From an uncultured delta proteobacterium (GTDB lineage: Bacteria; Desulfobacterota; Desulfobacteria; Desulfobacterales; JAFDCJ01), in assembly GCA_963769935.1 (NCBI GenBank), contig CAVYNY010000031.1, forward strand, positions 1 to 40,801: a stretch of 40,801 nt of DNA, read 5' to 3'. Under the pieces are notes generated by a model, which worked only from the letters and a program-made list of their open reading frames with translations, searched no databases and was not told where the DNA came from. Within the stretch, counting starts at the first letter, position 1; each line of letters starts with the position of its first letter. The position numbers and the translations under genes were made by a program. Shown here piece after piece: positions 18,072-28,195 of this stretch.

Positions 18072-20132
18072 TCAAAGCTGGTGCTCCACATCCGAGCTGC
18101 GGATATGAATGTCCCTTTGGGGAAAGGGAATTTCGATTCCGGCTTTTCTGAATTCTTCAAAGATCTCGAAATAAAGCGCACTGCGTATACTTCGCCGCGG
18201 CGTTACCCTGACATCGATCCAGATCAGCAGTTCAAAATTAATCGAACTGTCACCATATCCAACAAACCTGACCATCGGTTTCTGGAATTTCGCAACCATC
18301 GGCTCTTTCTCGGCAACCTCCAGCAATATCTTTTGAACCTGCCGGGGGTCGGAGCTATAGGAAACCCCCACCGGCAGATCGATGCGAATCATGGGTGACG
18401 ACAGCGAATAATTCACAATCGTGTTCGAAATTAGGTTGGAGTTTGGGATCAGGAATTCTATGTTGTCTCTGGTTCTGACCTTGGTGGCGCGCAGATAGAT
18501 GTCCGTGACCATTCCCATTCCCTTTTCCAGTTCAATCCAGTCGCCTTTTCTGATTTTGCCCCCGAATATGATCGTAAAACCGCTGATGACATTGGCGGCC
18601 AAATGCTGCAGGCCCAGGCCGATTCCGATGCCGGCCGCACCGGCAAAAACCAGCAGAAAACGCAGATCCAGTCCCACAACTTTCAAGGAAATCAAGACAC
18701 CGATGGCAATAAAGCTATATTTGAAGGTGGTGTCCAGGGCATAACCCAGACCCGGGTCGATTCCCAGGGACGGATAAATTTTGTAGTCCAGGTAGGCCTG
18801 CAGCAGCCGGGCCGCATAAATAAATGCCAGCAGGATGACAACGGCCTTCAGGATCAACCACATGGTTACCTGGGTCGTTCCCAGCTCCACCACTGGAAAC
18901 GAAACAATGCGCTCAACCAGATCCAGCAGCCCCAGAAGGTTCAATATAAGGCCGCTGGTGGCCAGTATGGTGGCGTATAACAGCACTGTCCGGAGTGCTT
19001 GGTACAGAACCTGCGCGGCTTCATCGGAAACATCTTTGCCGGCATGCCATTTTTGAAGCCAGCCGCTTATCTTGTGGTAGGCCATCATAATCAAAATGTA
19101 AGCGCCGCCGGAAGACCAAATTTTTATCAAAACCACCCGGCCCAACTGCTTGTAGCCGATGCACCACAACAGCGCCGTGATAAAAGAAAGAAAAATAAAG
19201 GGATAATAGAATCTGTCCAGATTCCGAATAAAACCCTGGTAAGACCGATAGGGCAAATCCGGCAGGAATGACAGGAGGGCGGTTTTCATCAAATGAAACA
19301 AAAATAGGATCACCACAATCGAAACGGCGATCGCAAATTTCAGCAGGGCGATCACATCCGGCCGAAGCTGAAATACCGCCGCGGCCTGGATTACCGCAAA
19401 GCCCACCAGACCATACAGCAGGGCCAGGCGGGTCAGTTGAAAGATCCTTTTCCCGTAGCGGGCTGTTGCCTGAAAAAGATTCTGGGTCAGCGATTCGCGC
19501 AAGAGGCTGACGACCAGGGCGCCGATGGCCCACAGCAGCATTAATTTTCCGGTCAGCTGAAACCAGGCGGCCCGATAGTGGATCATGGCATCGATCAGGG
19601 AAAAAGCGGCCAGCAGAATCAGCGGTATCAAGGCGGAGACCAGAACTTTGAGCGCTGATAGGAAAAACGGATAGACGGTCTGCGGGATTTTCGGCCGCAG
19701 CGGCTGCACCTTTTTTTCGATCTGGGCCATAATCCGCTTCCTTCCCAGCAGACTGTAGAACACGGCTGCCAGAAAGATAAATACAATGCAGGACCCCGCC
19801 AGCCCGAGTATCCGGCTTTGCACCATAATCTGATGGATGAATTCAGGGACCTTGAGCGGCAGGCCGAGGGCCCATTTATACAGATATTCGATCGTATTCC
19901 AGTCCCAGCCGATCGGCGTCCGTTCAAAAAGCGAGCTGGCCCGGCTTGCGATTTCCGTTTTAACACTGGCAGCTTTCTGGGCGATGGTAGTGCCGACATC
20001 TTCGGGAAGGGATATGGCCGGCTTTTTTTCATTTTCAGTGGGCGGCTGCGCCTCGGCGGCATATGCCAGAGACATCCACAACAGAAAAACAATAAAAGTG
20101 ATGCTAAGACAGCGTGCTTGTTTGGTCAGCAT
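18072..20132 (-). CDS. MscS-family mechanosensitive channel with extended N-terminal TM region
   Basis: GIGIGLGLQHLAANVISG, IRKGDWI, IPNSNLI, GIEIPFPQRDIHI. Confidence 0.93.
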   Translation of the reverse strand: MLTKQARCLSITFIVFLLWMSLAYAAEAQPPTENEKKPAISLPEDVGTTIAQKAASVKTEIASRASSLFERTPIGWDWNTIEYLYKWALGLPLKVPEFIHQIMVQSRILGLAGSCIVFIFLAAVFYSLLGRKRIMAQIEKKVQPLRPKIPQTVYPFFLSALKVLVSALIPLILLAAFSLIDAMIHYRAAWFQLTGKLMLLWAIGALVVSLLRESLTQNLFQATARYGKRIFQLTRLALLYGLVGFAVIQAAAVFQLRPDVIALLKFAIAVSIVVILFLFHLMKTALLSFLPDLPYRSYQGFIRNLDRFYYPFIFLSFITALLWCIGYKQLGRVVLIKIWSSGGAYILIMMAYHKISGWLQKWHAGKDVSDEAAQVLYQALRTVLLYATILATSGLILNLLGLLDLVERIVSFPVVELGTTQVTMWLILKAVVILLAFIYAARLLQAYLDYKIYPSLGIDPGLGYALDTTFKYSFIAIGVLISLKVVGLDLRFLLVFAGAAGIGIGLGLQHLAANVISGFTIIFGGKIRKGDWIELEKGMGMVTDIYLRATKVRTRDNIEFLIPNSNLISNTIVNYSLSSPMIRIDLPVGVSYSSDPRQVQKILLEVAEKEPMVAKFQKPMVRFVGYGDSSINFELLIWIDVRVTPRRSIRSALYFEIFEEFRKAGIEIPFPQRDIHIRSSDVEHQL

Positions 20133-20196
20133 ATTTGATTTCCCGGGGTCGAGGATTTTAAATCCGTTTTAGGGGACAATATTTTCTTTCTTATAT

Positions 20197-20934
20197 TTAC
20201 TTCATGTTCCGAATTATGACATCGACCTCGGGGGTGTCTTTCATCAAGGCCAACAGCTTCGACGTGTCCGTATCACCGTAATGATACGGATAGAGGATTT
20301 TCGGCTTGAAGGCTTTGGCGGCATCCGCCACCATCTCCGGTGTCATGGTATACGGCAGGTTCATCGGCAAAAAGGCGCAGTCGATATTTTGCAGCTGTTT
20401 CATTTCGGGGATGTTTTCCGTGTCGCCTGCTATATAAACTCTTTTTTCGTGGAAAGTGATCACGTATCCATTGCCGATACCCTTGGGATGGTAGGGAACG
20501 CCTTCGCTGCGCATATGCACCAGATTGTAGGCCGGCACCGCCTCAATTTGCAGACCGCCTACTGTTTGGACATCGCCGTTATGCATGACAATGCCGCCTT
20601 TTATCGTTTTGGCGCAGGTTTCGGTTAAAATCACAATTGTATTTGGCGTGCGGACCTGGGCCAGTGCCTTCGGATCAAGATGATCGCCATGCTCGTGGGT
20701 TATCAGAATTAATTCAGCCTTAGGCAGTTTGGAATAGTCGGCCAGGCGGCTGATGGGATCGACATAAATGACCACGCCCCGGTAAGTGAACATCAGGGAG
20801 CCGTGGCCGATGAAGGTGATCTTCAAATCGCCCCTGCCGGTTTGGAGAATATCCGTATCGAAATGTTCCTGCGCTGCAACGCCAAAGGCCGTGAGTCCTG
20901 CCATAAGCGAGATTAAAAAAAGCATTTTTTGCAT
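20197..20934 (-). CDS. MBL-fold metallo-hydrolase (UPF0173-like), exported
   Basis: THEHGDHLD, YIAGDT, PYHYG; signal peptide; GGAGG RBS. Confidence 0.9.
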   Translation of the reverse strand: MQKMLFLISLMAGLTAFGVAAQEHFDTDILQTGRGDLKITFIGHGSLMFTYRGVVIYVDPISRLADYSKLPKAELILITHEHGDHLDPKALAQVRTPNTIVILTETCAKTIKGGIVMHNGDVQTVGGLQIEAVPAYNLVHMRSEGVPYHPKGIGNGYVITFHEKRVYIAGDTENIPEMKQLQNIDCAFLPMNLPYTMTPEMVADAAKAFKPKILYPYHYGDTDTSKLLALMKDTPEVDVIIRNMK

Positions 20935-20978
20935 TTTATTCCTCCTTGGTTGACTGTTCGCAGAATGGCGGCCGCTCA

Positions 20979-21206
20979 TTAGATCCGGCAACCGCCGTTT
21001 TTAAAGGCGGCGTCGAGTTCCACCTGGAAGCCGTTGGCCAGTGCATTCGTCTGATTGGCCATGCCGACAACCGCCATCAGCTCGGCCGGCATCTCGTCGG
21101 TCATGCCCTTTTTTCGGGCGGCAGCGGTATGACTGTTGATACAATACTGACAGCCGTCGGTCACGCTGACGGCAATATATATCATTTCTTTGGCCAGCGG
21201 ATCAAG
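20979..21206 (-). pseudogene. carboxymuconolactone decarboxylase/AhpD-family C-terminal fragment
   Basis: LDPLAKEMIYIAVSVTDGCQYCINSHTAAARKKGMT with CxxC; N-terminal part missing. Confidence 0.75.
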
Positions 21207-21516
21207 TTTGGAAAATTTTAATTTGAATTAATTTCGGAGTATCCGTCTTCGCTAAAGCTTCGACGGGGCAGGCTGGAGTACGGGAGGGTGGGCGTAATGT
21301 TTGAAGGTGCGGGGTGGCCGCCTCGGGAAGGCCTAACCGCGTCCCCTTCTCGGCGGTCCAGAGCAGGACTGCAGGGTGGGAGAGGAGGTCCTTTTGCTCG
21401 ATGATGGTGAGGGCCGCTTTAAACTGCGACAACGCCTGGGTCAGGTCGCCGACCAGGTAATATCCCTGGCCGAGGAGGTAGCGGCTGTCCTCTGAGGCGT
21501 CGGTCACCGCCTGCAA
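21202..21516 (-). pseudogene. possible TPR-protein fragment
   Basis: RYLLGQGYYLVGDLTQALSQFKAAL is TPR-like; weak TTG start, C-terminus looks like run-off. Confidence 0.35.
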
Positions 21517-21578
21517 CTCCTTAATAATTCCATCTTGGAATAAATCTCACCCCTCCCCAACAGGTCAAGCAAATTGTC

Positions 21579-21603
21579 GTAGGGGCGGGCCTTACGCCCG
21601 CCC
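21579..21603 (+). repeat. GTAG-type REP-like palindrome
   Basis: GTAG-gggcgggc-cttac-gcccgccc. Confidence 0.65.
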
Positions 21604-21647
21604 GGACCCGGCTTGGACCCTGTGCCCTATAGCTCCCCGGTCCGGAT

Positions 21648-24600
21648 CTATAGCAGCAGCTGCAGTCCCCAGCGGTTGAGTTTGCCTACGTCGCGGCCCG
21701 CCAGATCCATGACGTGCAGGGTCCAGGTTCCCTGCGCGGGTTTGCCGGCCAGCGTTGCCAGCGCGGGCAAGCTGTCCTCCGAATACGTTTTAATCAGATT
21801 GTCCTGACCGCCGCCGCTGCGATCATGCAGGACGATTTCCTCTCCGGAAGGCGCCGTCAGCAGCACCCGCAAATCGCCGATCCAGGTATGGGTGATGTCC
21901 ACGGATACGTTGACCCCCCGCAAGGCTCCGGCCGCCGTAATATTCATGCTGTCGGAGACGCCGGCGGCATCATTGTCGGGAATCGCAAGCGCGGGTGTGC
22001 TTTCCTGCTCGACCTGGCTCGTGGATGCAAGCCGAAATTCCAAATCCCAACGCCGCAGGGTTCCCGTGTCGATCCGGGCGAGGTCGGATACGGCGAGTTT
22101 CCAGCCGCCGGTCACACTCTTGCCTGTCAAGCGGCTCAAATCCGGGGTCGTTTGAACATCGTAGGTCTTGATCAGATCATGCGTGCTCGCGCCCGTGCGA
22201 TTGTGCAGGACAACTTGGGTTTGATCCGGCGCGGTCAGAACCACGCGAAGATCTCCAATATAGGTGTGCGAGATGTCGACGCCGACTTTGACGCCGCCGA
22301 TGCTTCCCGCCTGCGATACGTTGATAATGCTGTTTATTCCCTGGGTATCGTCATCGGGAATGGCCAGATTGGGGACCGCTTCCTGCCGGATGACGTCTGT
22401 TTCCAAAGCCTGGCCTAAATGGGCCAGGTAAACCAGGGCAAAATCCTGGGGTCCTTGGGGGATGTTTGAACCCACCACCTGAAGCGTCCAACTTCCCGGT
22501 GCTGGATTCGGGACATGCACCACTTCCACGTTGTTTTTCACATCGGTGGCCAGCGTGGCGCCGGCGGCCTGGTTGCCGGTGTAGCGCCGGCCGTCGGGCG
22601 CGACGAGAATCAGGTTGAGATTGTTTACCAGCGACGTCCCGGGATAGTCGCTGTAGGCCAGCACCACCCGCAGCGGTGCATCCGCGCTTTGAATGTCGAT
22701 TTGGGCCGTATGCACTTCGCCGGTGCGCAAACCGGGTGAAATTTCGACAAATGCCGCTTCGGCCGGCAGCGGCAGCGCCAGGATGGCATCAAGATCGACG
22801 CGGCCGTATCCCTGGTCATTGTCCATCACCGCGCCCGGCTCACCGTAGCCGGCCAGTCTATCGGCGCCTGCAATGAGGGTGGCTTTCAGCAGAGCGGCCG
22901 AAGGGTTCTGAATCGCCTTATTCCTGCGCAAAAATTCGCGTACCACCGCCGCGGCGCCGGCCGTCAGCGGCGTTGCCATGCTGGTGCCCCCCATGTAGAA
23001 ATACAGCTTGCTCGGCGGATACGCGGCCCACGCCGTGTTGTTCGCTGCAATCATGGTCGAGCGGGTCGACAGGATATAGGTGCCCGGGGACACAACCTCC
23101 GGTTTGGTGCGGCCATCGCGGGTGGGTCCGCGACTGCTGAAGGCCACAACCTGATCGGGATTGTTGGCCATGGGATCGCTGCGATAGGGTGCCACCGGAT
23201 AGTCGGAAGGCCACCAGGCGCCGTAGGTGTTGGCATTAAAGGCCGGGCGGTCACTTTCGCAGGCCCCGACGGTGATACAGTTTTTTGCGGTGCCGGGTGC
23301 CGTAACGCTCATCGGGTTGATCCGGCCGTCGCCGTCGCGATCCGTGCCGTCATTGCCGGCGGCCACGACCACGCAAAAATCTTTGTGCTCCCAGACGAAG
23401 CGGTCCAGCTGCTCGCACTGGCTGTCGTATTCACCGGGATTGCCGCCGCCCCAGGAATTCGAGTGCACGCGGGCGCTCTGCGCGTAAGCATCTGAAAATA
23501 AACTGTTGAGATCGAGCGGTATCCCGGCCAGCAGATACCTGCCGTAGGTTTGAAAATAGGCGGGATTTTTCCATTGCATTTCCTGTTCGACCGCCTGGAA
23601 TACCAGTTTGGCTTTGTAGGCCAATCCGCGCACGGGTGTCGTGTTGCCGGGAATTTGCAGGCTTGCCGAACCGTTGCTCAGCACCGATCCGGTCACATGG
23701 GTGCCGTGTCCGCTGTCGAGATCCGCGGCACCGTCGTCTCCGCCCGGGTTATTCACAAGTGAGGCAAAATCTTTGGTGATGGGATAACTCATGATCGTCT
23801 TGATGCGGCCGGCGAAATCCGGGTGGATCGTATTTAAATCCGCCGTATCGATTCCCGTGTCGCAGATGCCGATCACCTCCCCTTCGCCGCTCAAACCCAG
23901 GTCCGTGGTGCTCAAGGCGGCCCGGGTTCCCATGATCCGCGCCGCCACATCATTGGAGGTCCGTTTCATGGCGCGCTGCCGGATAAAGCGCACACCGTGA
24001 ATCGCCGACAAATCCTGCAGGCGTTTCGCTGCCCCGGCGCCGCTCCTGGGATCTTTGATAACAACCAGGCCGGCTTTGGCGTCCTGGTGGGCGACTTCAA
24101 AGCCGAGTTTTTTGACAGCCGGCAGGGCTGCTCTGAGATCTTTGGCGGCAAAAAATTCAACCGTATAAAAACCCGTCATGCCCTTTGTCCGCGGCAGGGT
24201 GGCATTCTCTTCAATCGGTTTGCGGCCGGCCCTGGCCAGGGCCACAGCATCGATACGATCCGCATGCGGCAAGTGGCCCGCCCAGCGGACGCACGGCAGC
24301 GCGGTGATGCGCGCCAGGGCTGCGGCATCCGCACTGACGATATAGGTAAAATCTTCGTAGGGCGCGCGAGGGTCGCCGCCGGCTTTTTTGATTTCCTGCA
24401 GCCATTCTTCCTTAATGGGACCGACGAATTGCACCAGATGGTGATGCGGACCCGGGGGCAGGCGCTTTGCACCTTTGTAGTCGGGATGGGTGCGCACTTT
24501 TCCTTTGACGTCGACGCGCGGTTGTGAGGTGTCGATGGTTCGTTTACCAACCCGAAGCGTGTAGAGTTCGGTGATGTCTTCAATCGGATATTGCTGCGCG

Positions 24601-24728
24601 AGTTCCTTGATTTTATCCGCGCCTGCTTCAACCAGCACAAAACCCGGGTACCTTTCGATGATTCGATTAACCTCAGCCAGTCGATCCTGCTCGGCCCCGC
24701 TGCAGAAAATTTTTAATATCCTGTTCAT
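21648..24728 (-). CDS. S8 subtilase (KP-43-like) with two proprotein-convertase P-domains
   Basis: DTG, GHGTHVTGS, AAGN, GTSMATP catalytic motifs; two VDI(S/T)HT(Y/W)IGDLRV.LTAP repeats; GGAGG RBS. Confidence 0.94.
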   Translation of the reverse strand: MNRILKIFCSGAEQDRLAEVNRIIERYPGFVLVEAGADKIKELAQQYPIEDITELYTLRVGKRTIDTSQPRVDVKGKVRTHPDYKGAKRLPPGPHHHLVQFVGPIKEEWLQEIKKAGGDPRAPYEDFTYIVSADAAALARITALPCVRWAGHLPHADRIDAVALARAGRKPIEENATLPRTKGMTGFYTVEFFAAKDLRAALPAVKKLGFEVAHQDAKAGLVVIKDPRSGAGAAKRLQDLSAIHGVRFIRQRAMKRTSNDVAARIMGTRAALSTTDLGLSGEGEVIGICDTGIDTADLNTIHPDFAGRIKTIMSYPITKDFASLVNNPGGDDGAADLDSGHGTHVTGSVLSNGSASLQIPGNTTPVRGLAYKAKLVFQAVEQEMQWKNPAYFQTYGRYLLAGIPLDLNSLFSDAYAQSARVHSNSWGGGNPGEYDSQCEQLDRFVWEHKDFCVVVAAGNDGTDRDGDGRINPMSVTAPGTAKNCITVGACESDRPAFNANTYGAWWPSDYPVAPYRSDPMANNPDQVVAFSSRGPTRDGRTKPEVVSPGTYILSTRSTMIAANNTAWAAYPPSKLYFYMGGTSMATPLTAGAAAVVREFLRRNKAIQNPSAALLKATLIAGADRLAGYGEPGAVMDNDQGYGRVDLDAILALPLPAEAAFVEISPGLRTGEVHTAQIDIQSADAPLRVVLAYSDYPGTSLVNNLNLILVAPDGRRYTGNQAAGATLATDVKNNVEVVHVPNPAPGSWTLQVVGSNIPQGPQDFALVYLAHLGQALETDVIRQEAVPNLAIPDDDTQGINSIINVSQAGSIGGVKVGVDISHTYIGDLRVVLTAPDQTQVVLHNRTGASTHDLIKTYDVQTTPDLSRLTGKSVTGGWKLAVSDLARIDTGTLRRWDLEFRLASTSQVEQESTPALAIPDNDAAGVSDSMNITAAGALRGVNVSVDITHTWIGDLRVLLTAPSGEEIVLHDRSGGGQDNLIKTYSEDSLPALATLAGKPAQGTWTLHVMDLAGRDVGKLNRWGLQLLL

Positions 24729-25059
24729 GGCCGACCTCCTTTCATGTTTATTTTTGTGAAGGTGGAATGTGAAGAAGATCAGAAAGCAATTAAACCGAAT
24801 TGAAATAATTCAGGGTCCCAGGGCCGGCCATCATGTTGGGTGTCTTTACCCAGGTTCCAACCCTTCGGGTGCCATGGCCCTATTCGCATTCAACTTGAGG
24901 TTTGGAATAGGTAGATTTCTGCGGGGTAGTCGGGATCGAGCAGAATTATTTCGACCAATTCAACCGATCTCCTGAATTGTTTCATCTGTAAAATAAGTTA
25001 ATAAAATTTATTTGTCATCAAGGTGATGAAAATATTTTTCTGGGAGACCGGGGCATTCG

Positions 25060-25104
25060 GCCCGTCAAAGTGCGGAAGTACGCTGCCCGTCGAATGCGGA
25101 AGTA
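25060..25104 (+). repeat. imperfect tandem direct repeat of ~21 bp
   Basis: gcccgtcaaagtgcggaagta / gcccgtcgaatgcggaagta. Confidence 0.7.
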
Positions 25105-25223
25105 TTTAAAAGGTGTCGGCCCAGCAGCACCGCCGCTTTCTGAGCGGCTCGCCTACATGCCAAGAATCGGGCAGAGTGATCAGCCGGTGTTCGACAACAC
25201 GACCGGCTTCTGCGAGCGGCAAG

Positions 25224-25424
25224 TTATCCTATAAAAACCATTCTGCGTTCCGGCCCCGTCAGTCGTCTTACATTGGGAACCCTTCGCCGGTCGACAAGTT
25301 GTCTCCGATCCGGGTTGGTTCTTCTCTCGGGTATAACCCGAAATCGAAGATTACGCCGTCTGCTCGCATGTGAACGCTGGCCGCCATTATCCATTAAGGG
25401 AATTAAATGATCCAAAACATTCAT
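25224..25424 (-). CDS. small Arg-rich protein with (D/E)RR repeats
   Basis: DNGGQRS...PERR...DRR...DRRR...PERR; GGAGG RBS before ATG 25424. Confidence 0.6.
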   Translation of the reverse strand: MNVLDHLIPLMDNGGQRSHASRRRNLRFRVIPERRTNPDRRQLVDRRRVPNVRRLTGPERRMVFIG

Positions 25425-25915
25425 TGCGGGCCCTCCATTTTGAACCCGGCCAAGGGCAGGCGAATTTGCTTTGCGGCACTTTAAATGAAAAACTAGACAG
25501 CCGCATCCATAACAGGCACGCTGAGCATATTGAACCCATCTGGACCACACGCTGGGAACTGTCAGATAAATAGAGAGCAGATTCAGGAATCAACGGGAAA
25601 TCAATATGAATGAAAGATACAATTATCCATTTGATTAAAACACGATTGTTCAGTTGTCAAGAATTTTATAACATTATCAAGTTATTGGATTGACAGGCGG
25701 CTGGTCTTGGAATGGCACCGGCAATAAGAAGCAATTCATAACGACCCATATCATGACTGGGGAGATTACTGCGGATATGGAATGGCCTGACAGGGTAATT
25801 AATACAACTCACTATTGCAATTTGAAAGATCGTAGCAACATTATACTTAGATTAATGTGGCCTTGACCAATTATGGCCGGCGATGGCCGGCGATATAAAA
25901 CTACAGGAGGTTAAA

Positions 25916-26131
25916 ATGGACAGGATGGATTGTTTGCGTGATAAATTATCCAGCAGAATGGTGGGCTTCATATTGCTGGGCTTTTCCCTGATAATTGCCT
26001 TGGCAGGCCTTCTGATCGTTCCGGTACTCGGACTTTTCTTTGCACTGCCGCTGCTGGCGCTGGCGGGAGTATTCATCGTCGCACCCGAAAGCAAAGTTTG
26101 CCGGCTGATCACCGGAAAAAAAGTGGGTTAG
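25916..26131 (+). CDS. small hairpin membrane protein, hypothetical
   Basis: AGGAGG RBS; two hydrophobic segments; APESKVCRLI tail. Confidence 0.7.
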   Translation: MDRMDCLRDKLSSRMVGFILLGFSLIIALAGLLIVPVLGLFFALPLLALAGVFIVAPESKVCRLITGKKVG

Positions 26132-26241
26132 CAAGTATTCTCCTAAAAATAGCAACGGATTAACAGCTTTCAAACATTAAAAAAAAATTGAATTCTTCCC
26201 CGGAATGCAGTAAGTCTTCGGACGCATTCAGAGGGGGAAGT

Positions 26242-27408
26242 TTGAAACGAAAACTTATTGCGATCGTCTTTATTGTTCTGCTGATCGGCGTGGGCGGCCT
26301 GGTCTACCGGGGGCAGCACCAGGAGCAGAATGCCGAACTTTATTATTCCGGGGTTATCGAAGCCACCGAGGCCAATGTTGCCTTCCAGGTCAGCGGCCGG
26401 GTGCAAAATGTTCTGGTGGATGAGGGCCGGGCGGTCAAGGCGGGCGATTTGCTGGCGGTTCTTTTTCGCGATGAGTTTGAAGCCCGCCGGAACCAGGCCC
26501 GGGCCAACGTGGAGCAACAGCAAAAAAACCTCGGCCAGCTGGAAGCCGTCCTCGAAGTGGACCGGAAAGTATTGCCGGCTGAGGTCGAGCGGGCCGAGGC
26601 CAGTGCAAAAGCGTTGGCAGCCCAGTTGTCGCAGGCCGAGACCGGCTATCGGCCCCAGGAGCTCAAAAGCGCCCAGTTGGCCGTGGATGAAGCCCGGGCG
26701 TCCCTTGATGACGCCCGCCGCAACAAAGAGCGCTTTGACCAGCTATTCAGCAAGAGCGTTGTATCTGAACGGGACCGCGATACCGCGCGGCTCCGGTATG
26801 AAACGGCCCTTAAGGAATCCGGGCGCGCGCGGCAAAATTTGGCCATGTTGAAAGAAGGCTATCGCCGGGAAGATATAGAGACGGCCCGCGCCCGGCTCAA
26901 CGAAGCCCAGGCGGCCGTAAAGCTGGCTCGCAGCAACCTCAAGAGAATCGATGCCGCCGAGGCGCAGGTGGATGCCGCACGAGCGGCGGTTGAAGCGGCG
27001 CGGGCGGCGCTGGATCTGGCCGAAATCCAGCTGGGCTATACGGAACTGCGGGCACCGTTTGACGGGGTGATTATCAGCCGCAATATCGAACCCGGCGAGG
27101 TGGTCACCCCCGGCCAGGAGGTGATTTCCATCTCCGATCTGTCCGAAGTCGATTTAAAGGTGTTTGTTCCGGAAACCGAAATCGGCAAAGTCAAACCCGG
27201 TGAGTCCGTAGCGGTAAAAATCGATACATTCCCGGACAAAACCTACCAGGGATGGGTCGCCTTCATCTCGCCCGAGGGCGAATTTACCCCCAAGATCATT
27301 CAAACCCATAAAGAGCGTGTCAAGCTGGTCTTTCTGGTCAAAATTACCATTCCCAATCCGAAACTGGAACTCAAAACAGGAATGCCCGCCGATGCCTGGT
27401 TTCGCTGA
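26242..27408 (+). CDS. HlyD/YbhG-type membrane fusion protein
   Basis: N-terminal TM, SGRVQNVLVDEG, coiled coil, LRAPFDGVI, EFTPKIIQT, LKTGMPADA; TTG start after GAGGGGG. Confidence 0.92.
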   Translation: MKRKLIAIVFIVLLIGVGGLVYRGQHQEQNAELYYSGVIEATEANVAFQVSGRVQNVLVDEGRAVKAGDLLAVLFRDEFEARRNQARANVEQQQKNLGQLEAVLEVDRKVLPAEVERAEASAKALAAQLSQAETGYRPQELKSAQLAVDEARASLDDARRNKERFDQLFSKSVVSERDRDTARLRYETALKESGRARQNLAMLKEGYRREDIETARARLNEAQAAVKLARSNLKRIDAAEAQVDAARAAVEAARAALDLAEIQLGYTELRAPFDGVIISRNIEPGEVVTPGQEVISISDLSEVDLKVFVPETEIGKVKPGESVAVKIDTFPDKTYQGWVAFISPEGEFTPKIIQTHKERVKLVFLVKITIPNPKLELKTGMPADAWFR

Positions 27409-28195
27409 CAATCCTCGCAGCGGTGCTTCAGCGGATGCCGGCGAGCCGACCGTCGTCGAAGTCCGCCAGGTGACCAAGCAGTTCGGCCGCCTGGTTGCGG
27501 TCTCCGAGACCACATTCGTTGTCCGGCGGGGCAGGATTGTCGGTCTGGTAGGCTCCGACGGCGCCGGCAAGACCACCCTGCTGCGTATGATCGCTACCAT
27601 GACGCCGCCGACCAGCGGAAGCATCCTGGTCGGCGGATTCGATGTCGGGCGGCAAAAAGATGCCGTCAAAAACCTGATCGGATACATGCCCCAGCGCTTC
27701 GGACTATACCAGGACCTGACCGTTGCTGAAAACCTCGATTTTTTCATGGATATATTCGGCATCCGCGGTCGGGAACGCGCCCGGCGGCGGGAGCGCTACC
27801 TCGGTTTTTCAAATCTGCTGCCATTTTTAGACCGCAAGGCCGGGGACCTGTCCGGCGGGATGAAACAAAAACTCGGCCTGGCCTGCGTGCTCGTCCATCA
27901 ACCCCGCATTCTCATCCTGGACGAACCCACCAACGGGGTCGACCCGGTGTCGCGCCAGGAGTTCTGGGAAATTCTAATCGAGATGCGACATCAGGGGATG
28001 ACCATTCTGGTCGCGACAGCCTATCTGGATGAAGGTGAAAAGTGCGACAGCCTGGCCCTGATGCATGCCTCCCGGGTGCTGGCTGAAGCCACGCCCGCCG
28101 AACTGAAGTCGGGATTTGCCGATCTGGAGGAGGCCATGATTCAGCGAATTTTGCAGGTTGACGCAACCCTCAGGGAGGATAGCTTTGGCATCTGA
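27392..28195 (+). CDS. ABC transporter ATP-binding protein (YbhF-like domain 1)
   Basis: GSDGAGKTT, YMPQRFGLYQDLTV, LSGGMKQK, LDEPTNGVDP. Confidence 0.92.
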   Translation: MPGFADNPRSGASADAGEPTVVEVRQVTKQFGRLVAVSETTFVVRRGRIVGLVGSDGAGKTTLLRMIATMTPPTSGSILVGGFDVGRQKDAVKNLIGYMPQRFGLYQDLTVAENLDFFMDIFGIRGRERARRRERYLGFSNLLPFLDRKAGDLSGGMKQKLGLACVLVHQPRILILDEPTNGVDPVSRQEFWEILIEMRHQGMTILVATAYLDEGEKCDSLALMHASRVLAEATPAELKSGFADLEEAMIQRILQVDATLREDSFGI

